This document shows positions 14,948-24,545 of a stretch of 40,738 nt of DNA, piece after piece; position 1 is the stretch's first letter; each line of letters opens with the position of its first letter. The stretch comes from a virus, in IMG/VR virus record IMGVR_UViG_3300012080_000003, positions 1 through 40,738 of that record. One strand, given 5' to 3'. The translations under genes were made by a program, and so were the position numbers. The notes beneath the pieces were generated by a model. The model made no database searches, had not been told where the DNA came from, and saw only the letters and a list, made by a program, of their open reading frames with translations.

Positions 14948-15478
14948 TCAGGCGACCAGCGCCACAGGGGCGCTCACAACGCCCGTGATCGCAGCCTTCT
15001 GAACGATCGTGAACTTCCCCTGCCCGTCTCGCGGTCCAGGGTTCTGAGCGCCCAGAGTGACCGGAATGACGCGCACCTTCTGGCCCGCCGCAGCGACAGT
15101 CGCATTCGGCACACCAGCGCGCTCCACGATGTACCCATCCACGGTCGTCGCCGGCGCCACCGGAGCAAGAACGACCGCAGCGGAGCCAGCCGCCGCCGAG
15201 TCCACGTACTTCAGATCGAGAGTGACCTCGTTCGTGTCCAGGGACTCGAGCGGCTGGGCGAGCGTCAGACGCTCGTCCTTCACTGTGCCCTGCGAACCCG
15301 CGAGGTTGTACCCGTCAGCGGTCAGACTGTAAGTGATGCGATACGACGTCGCAGCACCGATCTCGGTCGCCGCCTTCGGCGCACTGACGTCAGCGATCGT
15401 CTTGACGAACCAGAGGGTCAGGTTGCCCTTCTGATCCACTGCGGGCGGAGGAACAATTCCTTCAGGCGTGTCAGCCAT
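14948..15478 (-). CDS. Major tail protein (176 aa)
   Basis: Position upstream of the chaperones, followed by a strong hairpin. Beta-rich sequence. Confidence 0.8.
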   Translation of the reverse strand: MADTPEGIVPPPAVDQKGNLTLWFVKTIADVSAPKAATEIGAATSYRITYSLTADGYNLAGSQGTVKDERLTLAQPLESLDTNEVTLDLKYVDSAAAGSAAVVLAPVAPATTVDGYIVERAGVPNATVAAAGQKVRVIPVTLGAQNPGPRDGQGKFTIVQKAAITGVVSAPVALVA

Positions 15479-15559
15479 AGTGGCTCCTTTCTCTCCCCGA
15501 CAAACCGGGGTCTTCGGTTAGCCCTCCGGGGAGACCGAAGGGAGCATGAGGCGACCCGC

Positions 15560-15952
15560 TCAGATGGGGTCGCTGGTGAACGAGAACTCGTCCACGCTGT
15601 AATAGAGGTCTGTTATCGCATCGTCCCGGTCAGTGGGCACCGACATCGTGTGCCTCATGCGGGAGCACGACCGGCCGGGAACAGTGAGGGTGTAGTTCAG
15701 CAGTTGAGCGAGAACCCGCTCAGCGACCGCCTGCGCCCCGAAAGGGTCCGCCCCCACGGAATGTACGGTGAGCGTGAAATCGGCGGACACATCCGGCCCC
15801 GAGAGCCGATCCGTGAAGCGGATCCCTGAGTTGAGGAAGAACGAGCAATACCGTTGCGGCTTGTCCGTCACCAGGCCCTCGAACGTGCATGTCGCCAGCA
15901 CGGAATCGGACTCGAGGCGCGCCCGGACCGCCGCCGCGTGATCCCGGATCAC
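15560..15952 (-). CDS. Tail terminator / head-tail joining protein (130 aa)
   Basis: Assigned from synteny alone, as the gene immediately upstream of the major tail protein. Confidence 0.55.
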   Translation of the reverse strand: MIRDHAAAVRARLESDSVLATCTFEGLVTDKPQRYCSFFLNSGIRFTDRLSGPDVSADFTLTVHSVGADPFGAQAVAERVLAQLLNYTLTVPGRSCSRMRHTMSVPTDRDDAITDLYYSVDEFSFTSDPI

Positions 15953-16365
15953 AGGTTCGCCTTCTTCAACGCGTCCTTGACGACCTTCTCCGCACCGTCC
16001 TGGAAGTCATCCTGCTCATCGTTCAACGCAGCGAGACCAAACCCATGAGGGGCGAGGTTCTTCTTCGGCGATCCGGTCTCGATCAGGCCAGCGATGGGGC
16101 CTTGACTCCTGCTCAAGTCCGGCCCGATCTCGGCCGAGATCTCGGAGACCGCACCGGCAGAGGCTTCGATGTCGTACGTGATAGAGCCAGGTGTGCCGGA
16201 TGCATAGGCAGAGCCTTTGAGACGGTTCGCCCACCCCTTCTTCACATTGGTGGCCGCCACCTGCATCATCTTGCGAAGGTTGCCGCCGTCAACATCCGCG
16301 GCGGTTCCGAGATCAGCGGCGAGCTTGTCGAGTTCCGAGAAGTCGAAGTCCATGGAGTCGCTCAT
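15949..16365 (-). CDS. HK97 gp10-like head-tail joining protein
   Basis: ATGA overlaps on both sides. Sequence and position fit the gp10-like family. The track ORF was trimmed to ATG 16365. Confidence 0.6.
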   Translation of the reverse strand: MSDSMDFDFSELDKLAADLGTAADVDGGNLRKMMQVAATNVKKGWANRLKGSAYASGTPGSITYDIEASAGAVSEISAEIGPDLSRSQGPIAGLIETGSPKKNLAPHGFGLAALNDEQDDFQDGAEKVVKDALKKANL

Positions 16366-16769
16366 GATGCCTCCTCGCACAGGTATCGTCGGGCCGTGGA
16401 GTCAGACTGGGCGAACGGCCCGGTGACACGCAGCTTGGTTCCGACGATCGCCGTGTCACGACTCGAGGCCGTGATAAGGACGGTGAAGTCCTTCTCGAAC
16501 GCGGTGTCAGTCCGGACCGGAAACGAAACAGTGTTCCGCTGCACGACTAACAGCTGACCCTGCGCGTCAACGTCCCGCGCGAGAGTGTCAGTCAACCGGA
16601 CACGACAGGGCCCCGAGTACACCTTGGGGGCGACGTTCTCGTACGAAGCGGTCTCTTCCACCCACGTGCGCGTCGGGAGCCCGAACACATCCGCGGTGGC
16701 GGTCATGCGTGACTCTGCAGCGGCCTGCAGCTCGGGGAGGACACGGCCGATGTCGTCGTTGAGGGTCAC
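16362..16769 (-). CDS. Head closure / head-tail connector protein (135 aa)
   Basis: GTGA overlap start at 16769. Assigned from synteny. Confidence 0.55.
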   Translation of the reverse strand: MTLNDDIGRVLPELQAAAESRMTATADVFGLPTRTWVEETASYENVAPKVYSGPCRVRLTDTLARDVDAQGQLLVVQRNTVSFPVRTDTAFEKDFTVLITASSRDTAIVGTKLRVTGPFAQSDSTARRYLCEEAS

Positions 16770-17242
16770 CAGTCCTCGCCGCCCTCGAAGATCGGGTACC
16801 CGGCGATGTCTGTACCGCAGGAGCAGTACGTGGCGCCGAAGTTCAGGGCGCACCACGGCAGGTGCAGGTTCCCGACACCGATCATGTCGATCGCGAACGC
16901 ACCAGACGGATCCGTGAGCCCCAGAAGGCCCCACCAGTCGTCCTGAATGGTGACGCGACCCTTGCCCGACTTGTACGTCTTCGACGACGATCCGTCATCC
17001 ACCGAGACAGTGACCTGAGTGGCATCCTCAGGGCGTTTGATGTGCGCCACCACCGCTTCGCGGATGACGTAGTCCAGCTTCGCCTGATCGATCGGATCGG
17101 TCAGGTTCAGCTGGTCCTTGCGGTTCTGGATCAGCATGGCAGCGTCATCGATCCACATCTGCCACTGCTGCTCCTGAACAGAGCCAGGGTCGGGGGCGGT
17201 CTGCCCGAGAGCAACCGCGAGCATGTCGGGTGTCACAGACAT
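16766..17242 (-). CDS. Head-tail adaptor protein (158 aa)
   Basis: Assigned from synteny. ATG 17242 (MSVTPDMLAVALG...). The track ORF 16766..17326 was trimmed. Confidence 0.6.
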   Translation of the reverse strand: MSVTPDMLAVALGQTAPDPGSVQEQQWQMWIDDAAMLIQNRKDQLNLTDPIDQAKLDYVIREAVVAHIKRPEDATQVTVSVDDGSSSKTYKSGKGRVTIQDDWWGLLGLTDPSGAFAIDMIGVGNLHLPWCALNFGATYCSCGTDIAGYPIFEGGEDW

Positions 17243-17256
17243 GACCGCCCCTTCCC

Positions 17257-17403
17257 TTACTTGTCCTCTTCGGTCTTCTTCGGCCGGCCCGGAGAACGCT
17301 TGACCGGTGCGTCCTCGTCGCCCCATTCGGCGTCCAGCAGTGCGGCCGTCTCGTCACTGACGGAGACGACCACACCGCTGACGGCACTCTTCAGGCGAGG
17401 CAT
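17257..17403 (-). CDS. Small hypothetical protein (48 aa) between capsid and adaptor genes; not in the ORF track
   Basis: ATG 17403 overlaps the capsid stop (TGATG). Product is MPRLKSAVSGVVVSVSDETAALLDAEWGDEDAPVKRSPGRPKKTEEDK. GC3 is high. Confidence 0.5.
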   Translation of the reverse strand: MPRLKSAVSGVVVSVSDETAALLDAEWGDEDAPVKRSPGRPKKTEEDK

Positions 17404-18305
17404 CAGCCGGCGACCTTGTCGACGATGAGCGCGAACGCGTTCAGGTCGGCGATGCCCCAGCCGTAGACGACCTCAGCACGGAACGCGACCTGGTTCTTGC
17501 GCTTCAGGTCACCGCCGCCGTCCGGGTCGCCGTACTTGATCAGCTCGAGGCCAATCTGGCGCTGGATGCCCCAGCGGATCGCGGAGAAATCTCCGACGAC
17601 GCCGAGGAGCTTGGAGGCGGTGGCAGCGACACCGAGCGCCTGGACCGTGCGGGACACCGAGGCGCGGTGGTTGTCGAGCTCGGACACAGCGGTCGTGAGC
17701 TTGAAGTTCGGGTAGAGGCGCTGCTCCGAGTTGGTGCCGCGCAGGGACGAAAACTTGCCAGCCAGGGCCGTATCGAGTGCGATGTCGGACGGGACGAAGC
17801 TGTTGGCGAGCACGAGCGCGTCGGCCGCGTCGAGGTTCGCATACGGCTTGTCGGTGTTGACGCGCTCGACCTGAGCCGTCGCTGCGGACAGCTTCTGCGT
17901 CATGGCCGCCACGGCGGCACCACCGGTGGGGTTGATGCCGTGGATGACGCCGAAGTCGAGCGCACGCGAAAGGGCGGGCTGGATCAGATCGAGGATCGAC
18001 TGCACGGCGTTCGCCTGTGCGTCCTCGTCAGCCCAGATGACCTCCTCGTCCATACGGATGGTCTTGTGGAACTTGAACGGGGTCACCGTCTGCGGGGTCG
18101 GGGTTACCGTGCTGGCGCCCTTGTCCTGACCCTCTCCGACATACTCGGCCTCGCCGATGTCAAAGGTCATCGACTGACCGGCGCCGAACTTCATGGGGGT
18201 CGAGCCGGAGAGTGCAGCAACGGTAGAGCCGCCCTGAACTTTGCCCAGCCACGGGTCGAGGATCTGGTTCGGAAGGTTGAGGCTTCCGGAGGTGAGTGCA
18301 GCCAT
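17403..18305 (-). CDS. Major capsid protein (HK97-fold type, 300 aa)
   Basis: Position after the scaffold gene, and size and sequence character typical of actinophage major capsid proteins. Confidence 0.85.
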   Translation of the reverse strand: MAALTSGSLNLPNQILDPWLGKVQGGSTVAALSGSTPMKFGAGQSMTFDIGEAEYVGEGQDKGASTVTPTPQTVTPFKFHKTIRMDEEVIWADEDAQANAVQSILDLIQPALSRALDFGVIHGINPTGGAAVAAMTQKLSAATAQVERVNTDKPYANLDAADALVLANSFVPSDIALDTALAGKFSSLRGTNSEQRLYPNFKLTTAVSELDNHRASVSRTVQALGVAATASKLLGVVGDFSAIRWGIQRQIGLELIKYGDPDGGGDLKRKNQVAFRAEVVYGWGIADLNAFALIVDKVAG

Positions 18306-18326
18306 GAGGAGCTGCTCCTTTCTGGT

Positions 18327-18932
18327 TTATTCGGCGTTGGCGCCGGCGAAAAGGTTGCGCGTGAACTCACGCAGATCCGAGTCGCCACCGTTGCCGGTCT
18401 GTTTGGTGCCGCCCTCCTTCGGGGCGACGTTGCCGCTCTTCTTCCGGTCTGCCTCCACACCAGCGATGCGCGTGGCCTGCGCGGTGAGGGAGGCTTCGTC
18501 GGTACCGGTGAGAAGGACTTCCGCATCGGACGGCTCGCCCTTCGGCCCCTTCTTCGTGCTGATCCCGAACTCTGCTGCGATCTGGGCACGCAGAGCTGCG
18601 GCTCTCGTGGTGCTCAGTTCGGTTTCCACCGTTCCGAGACGCTCCTCGAGCGTCTTCGCCTGGCCTGCCTTGGCCTTCAGGTCGTCGTAGTCCGTGTACT
18701 TGGCACGCTCGCGCGCCACGCGTTCCTGAACGATCTGGTCCAGCTCGGCCTGCGTGAAGGTCTTGCCCTGCTTGCCGTCATCCGCTGCCGCACCAGCGCC
18801 TTCGGCGCCGGCGGCTGCTCCTTCGGCGCCACCTTCGATGTACCGAAGGCCGGGTCGGTGATAGAGCGGGGGGAAAAGCGGTCCTCGTGCGAATTCCGTT
18901 TCGGCGGTCGCTGAGGTGGGGAGGTTGTTCAT
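18327..18932 (-). CDS. Capsid scaffolding protein
   Basis: Charged coiled-coil sequence with an Ala/Gly/Glu-rich N-terminus, directly upstream of the major capsid gene. Confidence 0.75.
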   Translation of the reverse strand: MNNLPTSATAETEFARGPLFPPLYHRPGLRYIEGGAEGAAAGAEGAGAAADDGKQGKTFTQAELDQIVQERVARERAKYTDYDDLKAKAGQAKTLEERLGTVETELSTTRAAALRAQIAAEFGISTKKGPKGEPSDAEVLLTGTDEASLTAQATRIAGVEADRKKSGNVAPKEGGTKQTGNGGDSDLREFTRNLFAGANAE

Positions 18933-19011
18933 CGGTATCTTCCGTTTCTGTCCCGTCGGACATCAGACCGGCCTTGAAACGCGGCCGTAGCGTTCTCCCC
19001 AACCGGGGAAG

Positions 19012-19698
19012 TCATGTGAGAGACGTCTTGCCCGTCTCGTCGAAGTAGTCGAGCCAGTTCCGCATCGCGTCCTGCTGCTTCGCGGTCCGCTTCCGACGTG
19101 AGGCGATGTACTGCTCAGCGGTCGCCTCCGGGCCCGGCTCACCGCCCTCGAACACAGGCGCGGCAGAACAGAAGCAGTGCGGGTGAGATGCGAACGTGGC
19201 GGTGTCCTGCTTGTAGATCGCCCCACGAGCGGCAAGGAACCGACAGAACCGGCACGCCCCAGGATTCGCGATCCGCTTCCACCCCACCGACGCAGGGTCC
19301 TTCCGCCGATTCCCGACGATCGTGTCCCGGTACGGTCGAGCCGTCTCCAGCTGGATCACCTCGGCAAGCCGCCCTGCAGGATCACCATCCCCGGTGAACA
19401 GAGGTTCAGCGGACCAGGCGATCGCACGCCGGATCTTCACAACCCGATCGGCGATCACCAACTCTGACGTGTACGGCACCTTCACGCCGGCCAACGCTCG
19501 AGACTCGTCATAGAAGTCAGCAGCCAACGCCGCCGACCCATCCGCGTAGTACCCGATCAGACCCGGGATGGAATCCAGCAGCGCAAGGCGTTGCGCCTCC
19601 GGTGTCCCGTTCAGACGCTGCAGGAACTCCTGACCGTCGCTGACCGCTTCGGTCGTGACGAGTTCGAGCGCCGCCCGAGACTCACGCGCCGACGGCAT
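19012..19698 (-). CDS. MuF-like minor capsid protein
   Basis: Lies downstream of the portal gene. Contains the CRFCRFLAARGAIY...HPHCFCS motif typical of SPP1 gp7/MuF-like proteins. Confidence 0.7.
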   Translation of the reverse strand: MPSARESRAALELVTTEAVSDGQEFLQRLNGTPEAQRLALLDSIPGLIGYYADGSAALAADFYDESRALAGVKVPYTSELVIADRVVKIRRAIAWSAEPLFTGDGDPAGRLAEVIQLETARPYRDTIVGNRRKDPASVGWKRIANPGACRFCRFLAARGAIYKQDTATFASHPHCFCSAAPVFEGGEPGPEATAEQYIASRRKRTAKQQDAMRNWLDYFDETGKTSLT

Positions 19699-21106
19699 CG
19701 GTCTGCGCCGCCCGCGGCGCCCTCAGCGCCGCAATGACGGCACGTCCAGCAGCACGCTGCTCAGCAGCCTTCTTCTCCGCCAGAGCGCGCTGAATCTGCT
19801 GCTCATCCAGCCCGAGAAGCTCGAGCCCGACCTCTGTCTCAGCCAGCCACGGGACCGCACCGACCTGCTTGGACCCAGCATCAGCCGCCGCCGAGCGGGA
19901 CAGATACAACGGCGACCGCCACTTCGTGGTGATCGACGCCCAGTCCTTCGGGATCTTGTCGAACCCGTTCTGGATCGCGAGAGCACGGATCGTGGAACGT
20001 CGAATCGAGATGGACCAGTCATCCATCGCGCCCTCGGCCTCAGCGATCAGGTTGTCCCGGCCTGCGATGTACGAACCCTCACTCGTGGGGTTCGCCAAAT
20101 CCGTCAGAGCGAAATCTGCATCGGGAAGGTCCGTCTCCCGCGCCATCAGCTTCGCCAACGCGTTCAGGTCAGCAAGGTGCGGCGCCGGCGACTGTGCATC
20201 GAACTGCTTCACATCAGCCCGCTGGTTCGCCTGGTCCGAATCGAGATTGTCCGGGATACCCAGCGCACGCCCAAGAGCGATCTGCCACGAAGCCTTCATC
20301 GACCCGTCCGGGTTCTTGAAGATCGACTCATCCGCACCCAGGAGGATCATCTTCGGGATGGCGTAGATGTCCATATGCGCCTCAAGACGCACCAGCGCCC
20401 GCAGCGCAGCATCCTGATGCGACATCACAGGGCGCGAGATCCGAGACTTACCCATGCGACGAGACGACCGCGGCCGGTAAACCAGCGGATCAGCCGGCAC
20501 ACCCCACGGGTGCACCGAACGTTCAACCGTCCACTTCGCGCCATCCTTTGATGCGCTGATCGTGAGATCGGGAAGGTAGAGGACGAAACCAGCAACGGCA
20601 CCATCAACCCAATCCGTCACCGACAGGAGGTTGTCCAGGCGACGAGTCCGGTTGTTCCACTGCCCGGTCGCGTTCCGTGCATCCTTCGCGTGGACGAGAG
20701 CACGGGGCTCACCCTCCGACTCATCACCGCGAGTAGTGATCAGGTAGGAGACGCCGTGCACGAGAGAGTCCGTGCGCGCCTGAGCGATCTCGGAAAGGAG
20801 GAAGTTGCTGTCCTGCAGCTCCTGCATCCCCAGGCTGTTGAGATCGCCATTCGTCCACACCATCTTGTCGAGGTTGCAGCGACGCGCCAGCCCGTCGACG
20901 CCCTTCGCCGCCCACCCGAGCGCAAGCCCGAGCTTCGTGTACTGCGGCGGGATGACAGTGCCGACCTGCCTGACGGCGCGACGGCCGTCGTAGTACGCGG
21001 AACGCAGGCGGTTACGCGGCTCCTTAGCAGCAAGCTGCTCAATCAGGAGATTCAGGATCACGGTTTCGTCAGACGAGAGTCCTTTGACGCGCAGGGTCTC
21101 GCTCAC
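19682..21106 (-). CDS. Portal protein (474 aa)
   Basis: ATGA overlap with the terL stop. Size and position fit a portal. Confidence 0.85.
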   Translation of the reverse strand: MSETLRVKGLSSDETVILNLLIEQLAAKEPRNRLRSAYYDGRRAVRQVGTVIPPQYTKLGLALGWAAKGVDGLARRCNLDKMVWTNGDLNSLGMQELQDSNFLLSEIAQARTDSLVHGVSYLITTRGDESEGEPRALVHAKDARNATGQWNNRTRRLDNLLSVTDWVDGAVAGFVLYLPDLTISASKDGAKWTVERSVHPWGVPADPLVYRPRSSRRMGKSRISRPVMSHQDAALRALVRLEAHMDIYAIPKMILLGADESIFKNPDGSMKASWQIALGRALGIPDNLDSDQANQRADVKQFDAQSPAPHLADLNALAKLMARETDLPDADFALTDLANPTSEGSYIAGRDNLIAEAEGAMDDWSISIRRSTIRALAIQNGFDKIPKDWASITTKWRSPLYLSRSAAADAGSKQVGAVPWLAETEVGLELLGLDEQQIQRALAEKKAAEQRAAGRAVIAALRAPRAAQTDAVGA

Positions 21107-22617
21107 AAAACCACCGCCGTCCTTGAACTAGTCCGCCCCGAACCGGGACGCTTCACTGTTTCGTTCTGCGCACCCCACAGGGCGAGCGTTTCCGCCACGA
21201 TCGGCGTGATATCCGACTCGGCGTCTTTGCGGTTCCACGCCCAGGCGCCCTGTAGAGGACGTTTGCGGGCTACGGACAGGGCCACATTCACCTGCGGCTG
21301 ATCGGTGTGCTTCACGGAGCCGTCAATGACGCCGTCGAAGAACTTGGCGCACGCGATCGCCATGTCACGGCCCTCAGCAGCCGCCAAAGTGACCTGAATC
21401 TTCGTACCGATCAGGTAGAAGCGTCCGTTCTTCTCCTCAACGAGGCCCGACATCTCATCCGCAACCACGGAGTGCAGCTTGTTCTTCTCTGCACGGCTCT
21501 TGATCCAAGGAATCACCCAGTCGGTACCCTTGCGATGGTCATCGAGCTCCACATGCCACGACCCATCGGCCCGTTTGCCGGCGAAACTCACCGCTGCGAC
21601 AGACCGGTCAGGCGCCACGTCGACCGCGAGCGAAAGACGCTCAATCGCCATCGACGCAGGGTCAGCAACCCGACGCCAGGACTCCTCATCGATCACTCGA
21701 GCAGAATCAGCAGCGTCGTAGATCCCGAGGGCCTCACGCTTGAACGAATCCTCGTTCTTCAGGTTCTTCCGCAGCCGCTTGATCGACTCAATCGGAGTCC
21801 TCGACGGGAACGAAGGGTTCGCCTTCCGCCACTGCTCCTGATCATCCGGGTCAGCATCACGATCAGCCGAGAACTCCACATAGACCATGTCCTCAGACAG
21901 GCCCACGACCTGCTGCTCAGGCTTCACCTCGAGCGCATCGTTCCGCCGGCCAAGCCACTCTTCCCCAGGGTCAGACGGCCGCGGAGGAGTACCCATGAAG
22001 AAGAGCAACGCACCAGACGGCTGACGTGACTGGTTCGTCGCCGCAACCATGTCCTCAAGCGCCTTCTCGCTGAGGATCTGCGCCTCGTCGAACACCTCGA
22101 GATCGACCTCATCGAAACCACGACCGAAGCCACCCTCACGGGCGCCAAACATGATCACCGAACCATTACGGAACCGAATCTCCTGCTCACCATTCGCTGT
22201 CCGGATCCCGTCGTTACGGCCCGGCGCGAGGTGATAGCGGATCTTCTTCTTCCGAACCATGCCCTGCATGGTCTGGAACGTCTTCGTCGCAGTCTTCGTC
22301 CGATGCGCAGTCCACAACACGGTGACCTTCGGAGACAAAATGCACAGTGCGATGACGATCATTCCGACGAGAAAAGTCTTCCCAACCTGTCGCGGAATGG
22401 AAAGGACGACACCGCCGATCGTGGCAGCGTACTTCTCGTCAGCCGTCTTGCCGAGGGCAATCCGCCCGATACCGTGCTGCCACTCATCGAACTCGACACC
22501 CATCGCAGCGCACTGCGCCACCACCCGCGGCCACGCCGTAGACACAATGCCCTTCGGATACACCACATGACGGGCAACCTCAGATAGCTTCGGCGTCGAA
22601 CTCCCCGTCTTCGACAT
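21103..22617 (-). CDS. terL: Terminase large subunit
   Basis: Walker A motif IPRQVGKT. Size and position fit. The start at ATG 22617 (GAAGGTGG RBS) lies inside the terS 3' end, so the start is uncertain. Confidence 0.9.
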   Translation of the reverse strand: MSKTGSSTPKLSEVARHVVYPKGIVSTAWPRVVAQCAAMGVEFDEWQHGIGRIALGKTADEKYAATIGGVVLSIPRQVGKTFLVGMIVIALCILSPKVTVLWTAHRTKTATKTFQTMQGMVRKKKIRYHLAPGRNDGIRTANGEQEIRFRNGSVIMFGAREGGFGRGFDEVDLEVFDEAQILSEKALEDMVAATNQSRQPSGALLFFMGTPPRPSDPGEEWLGRRNDALEVKPEQQVVGLSEDMVYVEFSADRDADPDDQEQWRKANPSFPSRTPIESIKRLRKNLKNEDSFKREALGIYDAADSARVIDEESWRRVADPASMAIERLSLAVDVAPDRSVAAVSFAGKRADGSWHVELDDHRKGTDWVIPWIKSRAEKNKLHSVVADEMSGLVEEKNGRFYLIGTKIQVTLAAAEGRDMAIACAKFFDGVIDGSVKHTDQPQVNVALSVARKRPLQGAWAWNRKDAESDITPIVAETLALWGAQNETVKRPGSGRTSSRTAVVL

Positions 22618-22873
22618 CAGCGCCACCTTCGCCCTCGTGACTCTCGCCACGCTGCAGGGCCTCAATCTCCTTCGACAACAGAGACAACTGCCGGTGCATC
22701 GCTGCCTTCGCCGGCCCCTTCTCGTTCGGAAGATCAGTCACAATCTCCCGACGCTGCGCAATCAGGATCTGCAGATAATCACCCGACTCAATCGCCTCAA
22801 CGAGAGTCAGGATCTTCGGCGGCTCAGGCACCTCATCGGCCTCAACCGCCCGCAGAACAACCTTCGTGGCCAT
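22580..22873 (-). CDS. terS: Terminase small subunit (97 aa)
   Basis: Small acidic helical protein immediately upstream of terL and downstream of an HNH gene. Confidence 0.6.
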   Translation of the reverse strand: MATKVVLRAVEADEVPEPPKILTLVEAIESGDYLQILIAQRREIVTDLPNEKGPAKAAMHRQLSLLSKEIEALQRGESHEGEGGADVEDGEFDAEAI

Positions 22874-22997
22874 CAGATCACCGCCCTGCGGGAAAGAAAA
22901 AAACGTAGGAGAGAGAGCATGCCTGGCCCCGGAGGTACGGTGAGGTGGCGCTGGGGGTGCCCTCCCCCTGGGGTGTGGGTCGCCTTGGGATGGTGGA

Positions 22998-23270
22998 TCA
23001 GTTGAGTGATCCTGATCTTCGGATGATTGGTGCGACGAGTCGTGCGCGTTTCGTGGAGTTGCATGACCTGTGTGCTGCCTGCTTGTTGGTCAGCGTGTCT
23101 GGTCCACCTTTGGCGAGGGGGATGATGTGGTCTACGACGAAGCTCATTGGGTCTGTGTGTGGCAGTGAGTAGTCGATGCGGTCGCCGCAGATGCCGCAGT
23201 TCGCTGTGGTGGCGCGGATGCGGGCGCGGTCCCGGTCTCGTTGGGTGGTGTTCCGTGGTGTGTTGGACAC
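22998..23270 (-). CDS. HNH endonuclease (90 aa), terminase-associated position
   Basis: CGICG...DHIIPLAKGG...NKQAAHRSCNSTK. GGAGAG RBS precedes GTG 23270. The long track ORF 22998..23756 runs through the tRNA and was trimmed. Confidence 0.85.
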   Translation of the reverse strand: MSNTPRNTTQRDRDRARIRATTANCGICGDRIDYSLPHTDPMSFVVDHIIPLAKGGPDTLTNKQAAHRSCNSTKRARLVAPIIRRSGSLN

Positions 23271-23272
23271 GG

Positions 23273-23470
23273 TTACTCTCCGAGTGCGTCCCTCATCGCT
23301 GCCTTCAGATCGGCAGTGTCCACGCTTAGTACGAGTGTGCAGCGGACGGTGGTGTCGCCGGCTGGGTTGAGGAGTGTGATGTCGAGTGAGCCGGGGTCGA
23401 TGGTGGTGGGGTCTATTCCGGCGAGGGTGAGTACGGCTGTTTCGAAGGCGGGGCCGAGTTGGATGGGCAC
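23273..23470 (-). CDS. Hypothetical protein (65 aa)
   Basis: GGAGG lies 5 nt before GTG 23470. Its stop codon sits within the RBS region of the HNH gene. Confidence 0.45.
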   Translation of the reverse strand: MPIQLGPAFETAVLTLAGIDPTTIDPGSLDITLLNPAGDTTVRCTLVLSVDTADLKAAMRDALGE

Positions 23471-23681
23471 TCGTACCTCCGTTGGTTGGTTCCGTCCTGG
23501 GCCCGTCTGGGTGAACGTTGGGGTTGGTCCGGTCACGCTTGATGCCTGCACGGTCGGCATGCTTGGTGAGGAGTCTGCAACCTTGTTCTGAGGGGGTGAG
23601 ATGATCGGGCCCAGGAGGGAAGACGGTCAGGTGTGGTGGCCTGATAGGTGTTGGGTCAGGTCTGTCCACCTGATACATTCG

Positions 23682-23752
23682 CTGCTCGTCAAGGATTCGA
23701 ACCTCGACTGACCGGTCCAGAGCCGATCGTGCTGCCGTTACACCAACGAGCA
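23682..23752 (-). tRNA. Phage-encoded tRNA-Gln (anticodon CUG), 71 nt, no encoded CCA
   Basis: Minus-strand sequence folds as: acceptor TGCTCGT/ACGAGCA (U1-A72) with G73; D-arm GTGT/AACGGCA/GCAC; anticodon arm ATCGG/CTCTGGA/CCGGT; variable loop CAGT; T-arm CGAGG/TTCGAAT/CCTTG. Confidence 0.85.
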
Positions 23753-23949
23753 TCACACCAGCCGGGCGCTTGCTCCCGTGCTGGTGCTTTCGCCACCCCT
23801 AGGTCTCCAGTTGTTCCCCCGCTGGGGAGACTCCACGGGACCGCCGAAGCGGTTTCTGCATCCGTCGATGCTTCGTCAGCCGTTTAGGTGCGGGGCCAGA
23901 TGTTCGCATGTCGGGGTGGCAGGCGAACCCACGGTCTATGTACGAGGAA

Positions 23950-23974
23950 AGCCCCGCCGTTTCCGGTCGGGGCT
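23950..23974 (-). terminator. Intrinsic terminator after the free-standing HNH gene
   Basis: agccccg(23950-23956) pairs with cggggct(23968-23974). On the minus strand the stem is followed by TTTCC. Confidence 0.55.
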
Positions 23975-23984
23975 ATCTTCGGGC

Positions 23985-24470
23985 CTAGGCGACGGCGGCG
24001 CGTCGTTTGAGATACCTCTCGTGCTCGCACGTCTTGCAGGTGCGCGTGGGGTTTCCTGTCGCGGGCGACGTGGACCAGCGGATGTTGTCGGCGCTGAACT
24101 CGTGCCCGTGGACGCAGTGGGTCTTGCGGGCGTGCTTAGCCATGTAGCCTTCGCCGCGGAGGATGTTCTCAGCTGACGTAACGATGTCGAGGTGTGCTGG
24201 GTTTACGCACGCCCGGTTTCGGCAGAGGTGGTCTACCGTCATGTCGGCAGGGACTGGACGCCCGGCGAGGTGCAGCGCTAGCCGGTGGGCGAATACGTTT
24301 CCGTGGTCATGGTGACTGAATACCCCGTACCCGGCTGGGTTCAGGGATCCCGTGTACACCCAGCATCCGTTCGGACCAGCGAAGTTCGTGAGCGCGACCA
24401 TGCGCTCCCATGAGTTCCAGACGGCGGCGATGATGACGTATCGCGTCGGGTTGGAGATAGCATTGCCCAT
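23985..24470 (-). CDS. HNH homing-type endonuclease (161 aa)
   Basis: DHLCRNRACVNPAHL (HNH_3-type) motif. AAGGAG lies 5 nt before ATG 24470. The gene is bracketed by terminator hairpins. Confidence 0.85.
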   Translation of the reverse strand: MGNAISNPTRYVIIAAVWNSWERMVALTNFAGPNGCWVYTGSLNPAGYGVFSHHDHGNVFAHRLALHLAGRPVPADMTVDHLCRNRACVNPAHLDIVTSAENILRGEGYMAKHARKTHCVHGHEFSADNIRWSTSPATGNPTRTCKTCEHERYLKRRAAVA

Positions 24471-24545
24471 ATCGACTCCTTGAAAGTCGGTCACGCTCCC
24501 GGGTGTTACCAGCACCGCGGGAGCATTCTTGTCCCTGGACGCGGA

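Noticed and set aside
22998-23756. 252-aa track ORF spanning the HNH gene, the 65-aa ORF region and the tRNA-Gln.
   Set aside because: Only the C-terminal 90 aa carry HNH motifs and an RBS-preceded GTG (23270). The N-terminal extension is Arg/Pro/Thr-rich junk and runs through a well-formed tRNA gene.
23880-23945. A second tRNA was suspected upstream of tRNA-Gln (minus strand gtgggttcgcctgccac).
   Set aside because: The loop is 9 nt with a 4-bp stem, has no TTCGA core, and no cloverleaf can be completed.
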